Assembly: GCF_001194135.2 (NCBI RefSeq)
Contig: NC_068985.1
Span: 18,455,320-18,519,319 of the forward strand
Direction: 5' to 3'
DNA from: Octopus bimaculoides
Lineage: Eukaryota
Length of the DNA: 64,000 nucleotides
The translations under genes and the position numbers were made by a program. A model generated the notes under the pieces. The model was not told the DNA's origin and did no database searches. It was given only the letters and a program-made list of their open reading frames with translations. Below are positions 35,190 through 47,900 of this stretch, one piece after another. Each line of letters starts with the position of its first letter. Positions within the stretch are counted from its first letter, which is position 1.

Positions 35190-38100
35190 GATATATATAT
35201 ATAGTTGAAAAATGATTAGAGATCTATACAAATCAAATTTTTATATATAAAAGGTGGAGGTAGAAATAGCACAAAAGTAAATTTAAGACATTTTAATTTA
35301 AGAAGGAATTTAATAAAAATGATTTTAAAAATCATATTAAGAAAATATTACCAATTTCGATGATGAATCTCATCTTATCAAATATCAGGAAAAATTTATA
35401 AAAATTTGAAGTAAAAACAGTTTATTTTCTGTCAGGGGGTCAAAAATATGTCTGGAGATTTTTCGTTGAAGTCTTCTTTTAATATAGTTTGGTATAGAGT
35501 TCAAAGTGTTAGTGAGAGAGAGAGTGTAGTTATCTTTTGTCTAAAAGAAAACTTTGTGGATTCCTACCAAGGGAGTGACTTAAAAGCATTTATTGAATGG
35601 GTTTTGTCTCTACTTGTGTGTGTGTGTGTGTGTGTATTGTGCTGAATGTCCTTTCAATATGTTTGGAATGTGACCAGCTGTGTGTTGATGGGTGTGTATG
35701 TTGTGATGAATGTCTTATTGAGCATAGAATAGATGAGCCATAAAGGCCGAGAGATAGGCTTGGAAAAACTGGAAGAAAGGGAACATCAAAGAGCAATATC
35801 AAATCATCGTAGCACTCTGTCGGTTACGACGACGAGGGTTCCAGTTGATCTGATCAATGGAACAGCCTGCTTGTGAAATTAATGTGCAAGTGGCTGAGCA
35901 CTCCACAGACATGGGGAGATTCAGCATGACACAGTGTGTGACAAGGCTGGCCCTTCAAAATACAGGTACAACAGAAACAGAAAGGAAGAGTGAGAGAAAA
36001 TTGTGGTGAAAGTACAGCAGGGTTCACCACCACTCCCTGCTGGAACCTTGTGCAGCTTTAGGTGTTTTTGCTCAATAAACACACTCAACACTCGGTCTGG
36101 GAATCGAAACTGCGATCCTATTACCATGAGTCCGCTGCCTTAACCACTGGGCCATTGCACCTCCTCATCAAATTGTAAGAAAAGAAGTTAGACATCAGCT
36201 TTACTTAGCAAAGGTAGAAGTTGAGGATCAGAAGTTTGCCAATTCTCTAAGACATGAGGATCAGAAGTGAGGAGTGACAGTTTGTGAGGCAGTGTGTGAG
36301 AAAAAAATCCAGATGTTACTGGGAAAAAATATGTATAGAAGGATAATAACACTCTTGCTCTTAGACTAGAAAGAAAGAATGCTGTGATGAGAAGTGTTTT
36401 GAACAAGGAGAATGTATGAGAGAAAGCAGGATCTTCTCTATGGAAGCCCAACAGAACCAATAGTTTTTCAAGTTGTCAGCAGGATAGTAGCTGGTGATTA
36501 AGGATGTGAAGACAGGAAATTTATCAAGTGCATCAGGAATTACTGCTGAAATGCTTAAAGTGTGCTCACAATAATTCAAGTTGTACAGGATATAGTAGTT
36601 GCTGATATACTAGTTGTATATCAGCAGCTTTATTAACTACTACAAGGGCAAAACGGACATAATAGAGAGAGGAAACTACAAAGTGTTAAACTGTTAGATC
36701 AGTTAATGAAAGTGACCAAAAGAATTATAATGCAGTTGATGAGTAAGAGAATTATCATAAATGTGATGCAGTTTAGTTTTATACTAGGAAGAAGTACTAT
36801 TGATGTTCTCTTCCTAGTGAGACAGCTGTAGGTGAAGTATTTAGTCAGAAGTACACCCACTTCCTGTACTTGATATTTGTCAACCTAGTGAAAGTTTTAG
36901 TGAAGTCATATGGCTTAGTGGTTAGGATATTTGGCTCATGATCATTAGGTCATGAGTTCAATTCCCAGCTCTGCATTGTGTCCTTGAGCGAGACATTTTA
37001 TTTCATGTTTCTCCAGTCCACTCAGTGGACAAAAATGAGTAGTACCTTTATTTCAAAGAGCCAGCCTTGTCACACTCTGTGTCATGTTGGATCTTCCTAA
37101 GAACTACCTTAAGGGTACGGGCGTCTGTGGAGTGCTCAGCCACGTGCACATTAATTTCATGAGCAGGCTGTTCCGTTGATTGGATCAACCAGAACTGTTG
37201 TCACAACTGATGGAGTGCAAGTTGAAAGCTTTGATAAAATTCCATGCTCTGTGATCTGGTGGTCATCGAGAAAGCTTGAATTAGATAAACGGCTTGTAAT
37301 AGTTGTACAAGCAACATACAGTGATACAGTTGGTATGGTAAAAGTTAGTAATGAGTAGGGGGATGAATTCAATATGAAGGTGGGAGTACATTGGGGCAAA
37401 GTGCTCTGCTCCTTGCTGTTCATTTTAGTCCTTGAAACCATAACGGGAATTTAAGTGGCTGCCTGTGGGAACTCCCGTGTGCTGATGACTTAGTTCTTTT
37501 AGCTGAATCTGTCGCAGAATTAGGAAAGATATTCTAGGCATGGAAGCAAAACCTAGAATCAAAAGACCTCAAAATAAATTTAGCAATGACTTTCTACAGC
37601 TAGATGCCTGACCTCTCTCCAAAACATACTTGTTCCCAAGCAAGATGATATTAGCCCATCACCAGACATGGTCTTATGGAAAGACATGGAAGGCATTCAC
37701 TGATTATGCTTAATGTATCACTAATTTTTATGTCTATTTCAATAAATGTACATAAAGTCCTACATACACAAACATGCTAAATTTTGTATGTAATTATTCT
37801 AACGATTGTCTTCTCTTATCTTCAGAGTCTATACAGCAGTGTAATTGCAGTTGGAGGGAATACGCTTTTACAAGGATTCACTGATAGACTTAATAGAGAC
37901 CTTAGTACAAAGACTCCACCTGTAAGTAACATTATTCCTGATTAAAATTTTATATTCACAATATTCAAATTCATCTTGTTTTTGTTTTAACCACATTTTA
38001 AACATGATCCATATCAATAAACATATATAAAAAAGAGCTCTTTAATCCTCACTGCACTCTATCAGCATCATCATCATCATGCATCTGCTTTCCATGCAGG

Positions 38101-38256
38101 CATGGGTTGGACAGTTCAACAGGATCTCATTAATTTGAAGACCACATTTTGCTCCAAAGTCTCAGTTTTGATATGGTTCCTATGGCTGGATACCCTTTCT
38201 GACTGACAGAAGAGTCTATTGGATGCATTTTTTTTGTAGCACCAGTTCTATAGAAA

Positions 38257-38295
<39 letters not shown>

Positions 38296-41200
38296 AGGCT
38301 AAAGTATGCACTTGATCCTATGTTGTCTCTGCTTGGTTTGCCAGCCACTTTACAGTGTCTACTGGGTGCTTTTTTTCATGGCACTAGCACCAGTGTGATT
38401 GCCTTATATCTTCAATGTAAAAAATATTATAAAAATAGGTACAGGCATAGCTGTGTGGTTAAATAGTTTGCTTCTCAATCATCTGGTCTCAAGTTCAGTC
38501 TCACTGTACAACATCATGGGTAAGTGCCTTCTACTTTCACCCTGGGCCAATCAAAGCCCTGAAAGCAGCTTGTTGTAGATACATGTGTATGTGTAAGAGC
38601 ATCATGATTATACAATGTCATTCATTTCTTATCTTCCATGAAAAAATATGTCTGACCATGGGGGAAATATTACCTTATTTGGAAACAAGTTGGTGACAGG
38701 AAAGGCATCCAACTGTAGAAAAGAATTTGCTTCAATGAATTCCATGTAACCCATATAAGCATAGAAAAGTAGGCATAACAACATTGATGATGGTAATGTA
38801 CATCTAATCACATTGACCATTGAATCAAAGAATTGTTTCACAGATAGGCACAGCTGTGGCTGTATGGTTAAGAAGTTTACTTCCCAACCACATTGTTTCA
38901 AGTTCAGTCCTACTGCATGGTACCTTGGACAAGTGTCTTCTACTATAGTCCCTGGACTGCTCAAGGCTTTGTGAGTGGATTTGATAGATGCAAGCTAAAA
39001 ATAGCCCAGTGTGTGTTTGTGCTACCTTGTCTTCATCGTCATCATCATCGTTGTTTAACGTCCGCTTTCCATGCTAGCATGGGTTGCATGATTTGACTGA
39101 GGACTGGTGGACCAGGAGGTGACACCAGGCTCCAATCTGATTTAGCAGAGTTTCTACAGCTGGATGCCCTTCCTAATGCCAACCACTCTGAGAGTGTAGT
39201 GGGTGCTTTTACGTGTCACCGGCATGAAGGCCAGTCAGGCGGTACTGGCGACGGCCATGCTCGAAATGGTGTATTTTATGTGCCACCTGCACAGGAGCTA
39301 GTCCATCGGCACTGGCAACGATCTCGCTTGAATGTCTTTTCACGTGCCATTGTTAAGGAATGTCCTTTATTTCCAATATACTCCATGGAAAATATTACCT
39401 TGGTTGGTGACAGGAATCGTATGCAGCTGTAGAAAATTTGCCTCCAAAAACTCTCTCTGACCCATGCAAGTATGAAGAGGAGGATGTTACGATGATGACT
39501 GACATTTGGCATATGCTACAAAAAGCCATCTATGAATATTTTACTACCACATTTTTTTTTTTGTATAATTCCATCGTAGTTAAACTTTTCTCCAGAGCAT
39601 ATTGCTACATCATCATCATTTAACCCTTTTGATACCAGCTCACCTGAGACTGCCCCAGGTTCTTTGACATAAACTTATTGTTTTAAAGTGGTCTAAATTA
39701 TAATCTTCCATCAAAATTTTATGCTAATTTGTTCCAAACACTATCTTAATAATGAGAAAACTATTTTACCAAATTCTTCATTCTTTAAAAAATTTAATTG
39801 ATACAGTGGCAGTATATATTAACAGAAATATGGTATCAAAAGAAGGCGGTGAGCTGGCAGAAAAGTTAGCATGCCAGGCGAAATGCTTAGTGGTATTTCA
39901 TCTGCCGTTACGTTCTGGGTTCAAATTCCATCAAGGTTGACTTTGCCTTTCATCCTTTCGGGGTCGATAAATTAAGTATTTGTTACACACTGGAGTCGAT
40001 GTAATCGACTTAATCCCTTTGTCTGTCCTTGTTTGTCCCCTCTATGTTTAGCCCCTTGTGGGCAGTAAAGAAATAAGAAATATGGTAACAAAAGGGTTAA
40101 TGTCTGTTTTCCATGCTTGCATGGGTTGGATGCTTCAACAGGAGCTGGCAAACTGGAGAGCTGCACCAGACTCCATTTGTCTGTTTTGCTATGGTTTCTA
40201 CAGCTGGATACCTGTCCTAATGCCAATCACTTTACTGAGTGTGCTGGGTGCTTTTTACATGACACCAATGCAGCTGCTTTTTACATGGCACCAGCACAGG
40301 TGCTTTTTTCTGTGGTGCCAGCATGAATACTTTTTACACTTTGTGAGTGGATTTGATAGGCTGAAACTAAAAATAGCCCAGTATGTGTGTTTGTGCCACC
40401 TTGTCTACACTCTCAGGGTGGTTGGCTACTCTCTCAGACTGGTTGGCGTTAGGAAGGGCATCCAAGTGTAGAAACTTTTGCCAGATCAGATTGAGCCTGG
40501 TGCAGCCTCTGGCTCGTCAGTCTTCAGTCAAACCGTCCAACCCATGCCAGCATGGAAAGCAGACGTTAAACGATGATGATGAGTATATATCTATTTTTTC
40601 CAGTGTGTGTGTGTGTCTGAGGAGTGTACTTACATAAAAAAAATATATAGCTTGCAGATTGTGGACTGGCAAAGTTGTCAGAGTATTGGTAAATATCCCT
40701 TGTAGTATTCCTTCTGACTCTTTTCATGGCCTAGGGAAATCTACTTTGTCTTTCCTTCTGGGGATTGATAAATTTCAGTACCAGTCCAGGGCAGTGGATT
40801 ACTGAAATTGTGTTCTAAGTTTGTCTGCAATGACACCATTGACCCCTTGACCCATGCTTTTCTTTTGGTCAACATTGATGGTGTGCAGGGGAGGAGACTT
40901 ACTCTATGGGAAACATTGGTCTTAAAAATAAAAATAAGAAAATCGTTTACTTTGGCCTGTAACTGGAGAGGAATATTACAGGTGCATATATCTGATCAAC
41001 TGTGACTGTCAGAGGCCTCAGATATATTGTGTACTATCACTTGAACCTATGTTTCTTGCTTTGATGATGATCTTTATTATTGTTTTTATATCATTCTTTC
41101 CACACTGGCACAGATCTTGTTAGTCATATGTCATCATATTCTAAAGCTGGGGTGGGGAAATCTCTACTCGTGGGCGCATTTGCACCCACGAGCCCATTTT

Positions 41201-41877
41201 ATTTCGCCCGCAGACTGATATACTTGAATGTACAAAATATAGTAAATTTTTCAATTATAAAATTTATACAATATTCATATACCTATTTGCGACATATGTC
41301 ACGTTTCCACTACGACTTAAAACGGTTAGACTCGAACAGAAAATTGCCTGGTAATTGCCATTTGAATGGAAATTTTGTTTTCACTATAAAACACATATTG
41401 CTAGGTTTGTACTACCCCCTTGAGACCCAACTACACTCTAGCTGAAAAATATAGAATACCACATAAGTAATACAAATGTCCTAAATTCAGTGGCAGCATT
41501 AATGAAGATGTTACATGTTAATTTAATGTGTTAAACTTATCTTTATTAATGTATATTGAATTATACATAGATATATACAAGATCTACATGGATATAAGAG
41601 TCAGAACTTGTGATCCGTCCGCAGACCTTTTCCTTTGTAAATTTTTGCCTGCTGCACTAAAAAGTTTCCCCACCCCTCTTCTAAAGGTTATTTTCCATGA
41701 ACTTGCTGCTTTTTCAAACTCACTATTATCATCTTGTGTTTCTCCGGTCTATGATATTCAATCCTTTAAGCTTTTCGTCAGTTGATATCTTTTGAATTTG
41801 TAGGCCTCCTTCTTTTCTTTCTTTCTTGTCTCTTATACTACATTGGCCTCAAGTCTTGTTTGGAACAAAATCATTAA

Positions 41878-41917
<40 letters not shown>

Positions 41918-44900
41918 GGGGGTCTGTTCCAGTAAACCATGCTTCTAATTGCTGTCAGTCCTCATGTGCTACACACATCTTCAGAGGAAACCAACTTTTA
42001 TTGTTGTATATATCATGTTCTTTTCTCTATTTTGTATTGTTTTTGTAACTAGATGATCTTATCACTAACTACTTAACAACTGGCACGAGAGAGGTTATCT
42101 GTCAAGACTAAAGATGCCTCTCTAGTCTGTATCTGTTTCAAGTTACTGTCCTTCGAGATGAGTTACATTCACTGTGGCCTATGGAGTGCACATCATCTCT
42201 GTGCAATTATGGCAAAAACTATTTTTGAATACTATTGGATTTATTTGGAGTACCCAACTTCCATTTAGATTATCTTCATTGCAGCTGAGAAGTTGCATCT
42301 CTCTGTAATGTAGAGACTATGAAGAGGATTCATAGTGGCAGCCTTAAGACATTAAGAATAAAGGTTGTCTTCATGGTTTTGACAGAGAACTTAGTTACCT
42401 AACTGAGAACAAAACAATTTCTATTGTGCAGGTGTCTTTGTATTTGTCTCCCATCCCTCATCGCTTGACAACCAATGTTGGTTTGTTTATGTTCCTGTAA
42501 CTTAGTTGCTTGGTGAAAAGGAAAGATAGAATAAGTACCAGATTTGAAAAAAATATAAGTCCTGGGGTCGATTTGTTTGATGAAGCCCTTCGAGGCAGTG
42601 TTCTAGCATGGCTGCTGTCCAATAACTGAAACAAGTGAAAAAAAAAACAACTTTTTCTCTGCAGTGGGGCCAACAAATATAAAACAATAGTTGAAAATAT
42701 AGTTTAAAGCTAGAGTAGCATGTGTCCCGGTATTTAATTTTTAGTCAAGCCAATAACCCTTTTGATACCAAACTGTTGAAGCTTTCCCCTGGTTTTATGA
42801 TATAAATTTCCCATTTTAACCCTTTAGCATTCAGGTTTCTCTGTCAAACGTAATGCTTGTTTATTCACATTGTTTTGAATTAATCATGCATTATCTCATA
42901 GCTTCAAGATTTCAACGTTGTGATTGTTTATTTTTAAAATTACATTGCAGAATAGGTGCAAGAGGCCAGATCTGTCCAGTTTTACCATAAAATAGGTAGA
43001 ATATTTGGGCTGGATATGACTGGTTTAAATGCTAATGTGATCAAAATTCAAGTTGGTTTATGTTCCAAACACCAAGTTAACCCTTTAGTATTTAAACTGG
43101 CCATATCTGACTCAAATATTTTGTATTTTATGTTGAAACCAGTCAGATCTGGCCTCTCACAATGTTGTTCTAAAAATAAACAATCATATCAAGATTTTGA
43201 AAAGAAATGAGATAATGCATGATTAATTCAAAACAATGTGAACAAGAGCACTCAGAGAGCGCAAACCTCCGCCAAGGCAATACCAATGTCCTCTCAACGA
43301 TTAGCTGGTGATGATTTTTAAAATGAGAATATCTGAAATAAACTTGACTGTTCTCACAAACGAGAATACTAAACATGAATCTGACCACTCTCAAATTGTG
43401 AAAAAAAATAACGGGAAAACAATCCAGAATTCTTGTTCGGTACCAGATCAGTCCCTAAATCTAATCAGTTCATGCCAGTCACAAGGCCAAACATCCCTGA
43501 AAGTTTCATCCGAATCCATCCAGCAGTTCTTGAGATATCTTGTCCACGGACAAACAAACAAACACGACTGAAAACAATACCTCCTCCTTCGCTAAGGCAG
43601 AGGCAATAAATAAGCTTTACATTTGACAGAATAATCTGAATGCTGAAGATATTTTACTAAATTTTCTATTTTCAAAATTATTTGAAATGAAAGGAATATA
43701 TTTGTATAGTTCAGCAGAGATATATAAAAAAAGTTAAATTTAGTATTTGAATATTAATTTTCTAGCAATGTACTACGTAATTGTATTTTCTCCTTTCTGT
43801 ACCTTTCATTAAATCTTTTATCGTTTAATCTAATAATAGTGATGATTATGCAGTGTTACGTGTGTTTGTGTTTGTCCCCCCAACATCGCTTGACAACCGA
43901 TGGTGGTGTGTTTGTGTCCCCATAACTTAGTAGTTCGGCATAGGTGTCCGATAATATAGGTACTAGGCTTACAAAGAATAAGTCCTGGGGTCGATTTGCT
44001 CGACTAAAGGCGGTGCTCCAGCATGACCGCAGTCAAATGACTGAAACAAGTAAAAGAGTAAAGAGAGTAAGAGTATGTATTTGTGTATGTATCTGAGTGT
44101 CTGTGTTTGTCCCCCCACTATCGCTTGACAACCGATGGTGGTGTGTTTACATCCCCATAACTTAGTAGTTCGGCATAGGTGTCCGATAATATAGGTACTA
44201 GGCTTACAAAGAATAAGTCCTGGGGTCAATTTGCTCGACTAAAGGTGGTGCTCCAGCATGACCACAGTCAAATGACTGAAACGAGTAAAAGAGTAAAAGA
44301 GTATATAGGACGAAGAAAAATATAAAACAACCCTCCTTTTCTCTCACGTTTTCTAAGTTGGTGAAGCTCACCTGTCAGTGAAGGTGATCACTTCACTGAA
44401 GTAATAAAATTAACTACTTACTCTGAAAATGTAAGTGGAAAGTGGGTTGGGGAGAAAGAAAGAGAGAGAGAGAGAAGGGCTATGGGAACTGCTTATTTAT
44501 TGCTCATTGACAAGACTTTGTTCAGCCCACTGAAAATAGCAGCCAAAATTCTCGGATCACACCCTACATACAGTCTTAAAAGCTGTATTACACTTGTAGT
44601 TTGTATAATAGCATACAAGTGACTGGATTGTTATGGCATGAATGCTTTTGATCTTCATTTTGTTGACTATGACTCACATGGAATGATGACAACAAAGTTT
44701 ATTTTGAACCAACAAAGGAAAGCTTCTGCATTGGTATTGGAACTGCTACATACGAGGTCTGATCAATAAGTATATGGATTGTTGCCATAGTAATGAAGCT
44801 AAAGCACACAGAGTGAAGCTGCTTGGCACAGATTGATCTTGAACTCTGTTGTACATGTGTACTAAGTTTTAACATTTTAGCTCACTTCCACTGTTTACAG

Positions 44901-47900
44901 CAGTGCTTGGAAGGAAGGTGTGTAGCATGTGCTCATCACATTGACCATGACGGAAAGTTGAGCAAATTTTACCAAAAGCTTGGCAATACCTGCTCAGAGG
45001 CCTATGCAAGGTTTTCAAAAAGTTTTCATCGCTTGCAACACAATCATGATCTTGTGCAACTGAAATCCGAGTGTCTTTTTGGTCAGCTGAAAGCAGTTTT
45101 GGTACAAACTTGCAGATATGTCTCGTACCCAAATCTTCAGTGATAATGGACTGAACTGAACCGTAACTAATCTGCATATCCTCTGATAGCTCACGGATGG
45201 TGATTCGATGATTTCCTCTCACAGCTGCACACACATCTGCAATGTTTTTCTCAGTTCTGCTGGTTGGGGTCTCCCAGAACGTTTTGTCAATATCGATATT
45301 TTTTCAGCCATCTTGGAAATGTCTGAACCACTTGTACACTCGTGGGCAGCTCATACACTTTCTGAAACTTTGCGTAGACCTCTGAGCAGGTATTATCATG
45401 ACAATTTTCTCTCATGGTCAGTGTGACGATCACACACTACACACCTTCCTTCCAAGCACTGCTGTAAACAGCAGAAGTGAGCTAGAATGCTAAAACTTAG
45501 TGCACATGTACAGCAGAGTTCAAGGCACAATATGTGCCAAGTGGCTTTACTCTGCATGCTTTAGCTTTGTTACTATGGCAACAGTCCAGATACTTATTGA
45601 TCAGACCTCGTATAGTAAATTTCCTTCAAATCACACCCTACTGTCATATATGTGTGTGTGTGTGTATATATAGTGTGTGTGTATATATATATAGTGTGTG
45701 CATGTGTGTGTATATATATATATATATATATGTATATGTGTATATAGTGTGTGTATATATATATAGTGTATGTGTGTGTGTGTATATATATATATATATA
45801 GTGTGTGTGTGTGTATATTGTGTGTGTGTGTGTATATTGTGTTTCTGCTTGTTTTTTAGATGTAGGCATGACTATGTTTAAGAAGCTTACTTCCCAACCA
45901 TGTGGTTTCAGGTTCATCTCCACTGCACGATACTCTAGGCCAGTGTTTCTCAACCTTTTTTTTTTTAACCTTTGGACCCCCCTTTAATTCCTATCTTACA
46001 CTACTGGATCCCCCCATAACCATTTGATGTTTAAAAAATCCTCTTATATTTTTATAATTAAATATTATTAGAAATTGTATTCAAATAAATTCTTTAAATA
46101 TTTTGTATATTGAAGAAGTATAACCAATTTATTGCATAGAGATTTTCACAACAAAATGTTATCTGGACCCCCAAGGGTGATGTGGACCTCAGTTGAGAAC
46201 CTCTGCTCAGGGCAAATGTTTTGTGAGTGAATTTGGTTGACGGAGACTGAAAGAAGCTTGTGTGTGGTGTGCATGTATGCATGTATATATGTTTGTCATC
46301 ATCATTTTAATGTTTGTCTTCCATACTGGCATGGGTTGGATGGTTTGATAGAAGCTAGGCAAACCAGAGAGCTGGTTCCATTGTCTGTTTTGGCATGGTT
46401 TGTACAGCAGCTGGGTACCCTTCCTAACACCAACCACTTTACAGAGTGTTCTGGGTGCTTTTTATGTGGCACCAGCACCAGTGGGATTGCCAAGTAACTT
46501 GTGAGGCGAAGATTTCTCAGCTGGGAGAGGAAGTGGATTGAGGGAGGTGGCTGTGTCTCAGTTGAGAGGTTAAAGTATAATAGAGAAATAGAAATAGGTG
46601 TCTTACTACAAAGGAATTACTTGGCTACTCCAATATGAAAAGAAAGGGAAGGAAAGAAATGTTTATATATGTGCATGTGACCCCTTGTCTGAGCATCATG
46701 TAATGGTTGTATAGAAGTGTCACCATCGCACAAGCAATATCATTCATTTTGAATCTTCCTTGAAAAACACATCTGGCCTTAGGGAAATATTACCATGCTG
46801 GGAAACCAGGGCTGTGGAGTCGAAACAAAAAACTTTGACTCCAACTCCTCTACTATTGGCACCTCCGACTGTGACTCCTCTTTATGTAATTAAGTAATTG
46901 TGGTCTACATATCTCATAAAGCATATACATACACTTGTACTTTGAGTAGACTTATATGTTTTAACTAGTTTATATTAAAGAATAAAGATATTGTGAGTCA
47001 GAGTCAGTAAAACCATACTGACTCTGACTCGGTATGGTTTTACTGACTCTGACTACTCCTTAATTGTTTCCGACTCTGATCCCACAACCTTGTTGGAAAC
47101 AGATGAGATTGGCAATGGGAAGGGGCATCCAGCTATAGAAAATTTGGCTCAGTAAATTCCATCTGAGCCATGCCAGCCTGGAACAATAGACATTAAAATG
47201 ATGATGATGGTGGTTCTTTTCATTTCTGTATCTTTGTCCTTTTTGATATTGTGTTTTTGTTAATGTATATATTTTTTTAAAGTAACTCTATTATTACATT
47301 TCCCAAACCACTTGTCCAATTTTTGTTGTTGTTTTTTTTCTTTTCTTCTTATCTCTGAATTATTTGTTCTCAAATTGGCTGTCATTTCTTGACAATTTAA
47401 GTCATTTTAATACAGGATATAATTTGCCCATTGTAGATTTATTCCAACATATTTCTTGTTTGGGGTCAGCAAAAAAAAAAAAGAAAAAAAAAGAAAAAAA
47501 AGAACAATTGATAGTGAGGTTTCTTGAAAAATTATTCTTTCCAAATAGCACAATCTGTTGTTTTCCTTCCTTCTGTCTTTACTTTTCTTGATTGCTCTTT
47601 TTCTTTTCCTTATTCTTAATGCTTTTGTTGTTTCTTTGGTCACAGTATATTTGAAATAAAGTNNNNNNNNNNNNNNNNNNNNNNNNNNNNNNNNNNNNNN
47701 NNNNNNNNNNNNNNNNNNNNNNNNNNNNNNNNNNNNNNNNNNNNNNNNNNNNNNNNNNNNNNNNNNNNNNNNNNNNNNNNNNNNNNNNNNNNNNNNNNNN
47801 NNNNNNNNNNNNNNNNNNNNNNNNNNNNNNNNNNNNNNNNNNNNNNNNNNNNNNNNNNNNNNNNNNNNNNNNNNNNNNNNNNNNNNNNNNNNNNNNNNNN

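Noticed and set aside
42054-42362. Cryptic terminal exon (pyrimidine tract-TAG, MILSLTT*, AATAAA at 42357)
   Set aside because: Such signals arise often by chance in AT-rich introns; no homology support.
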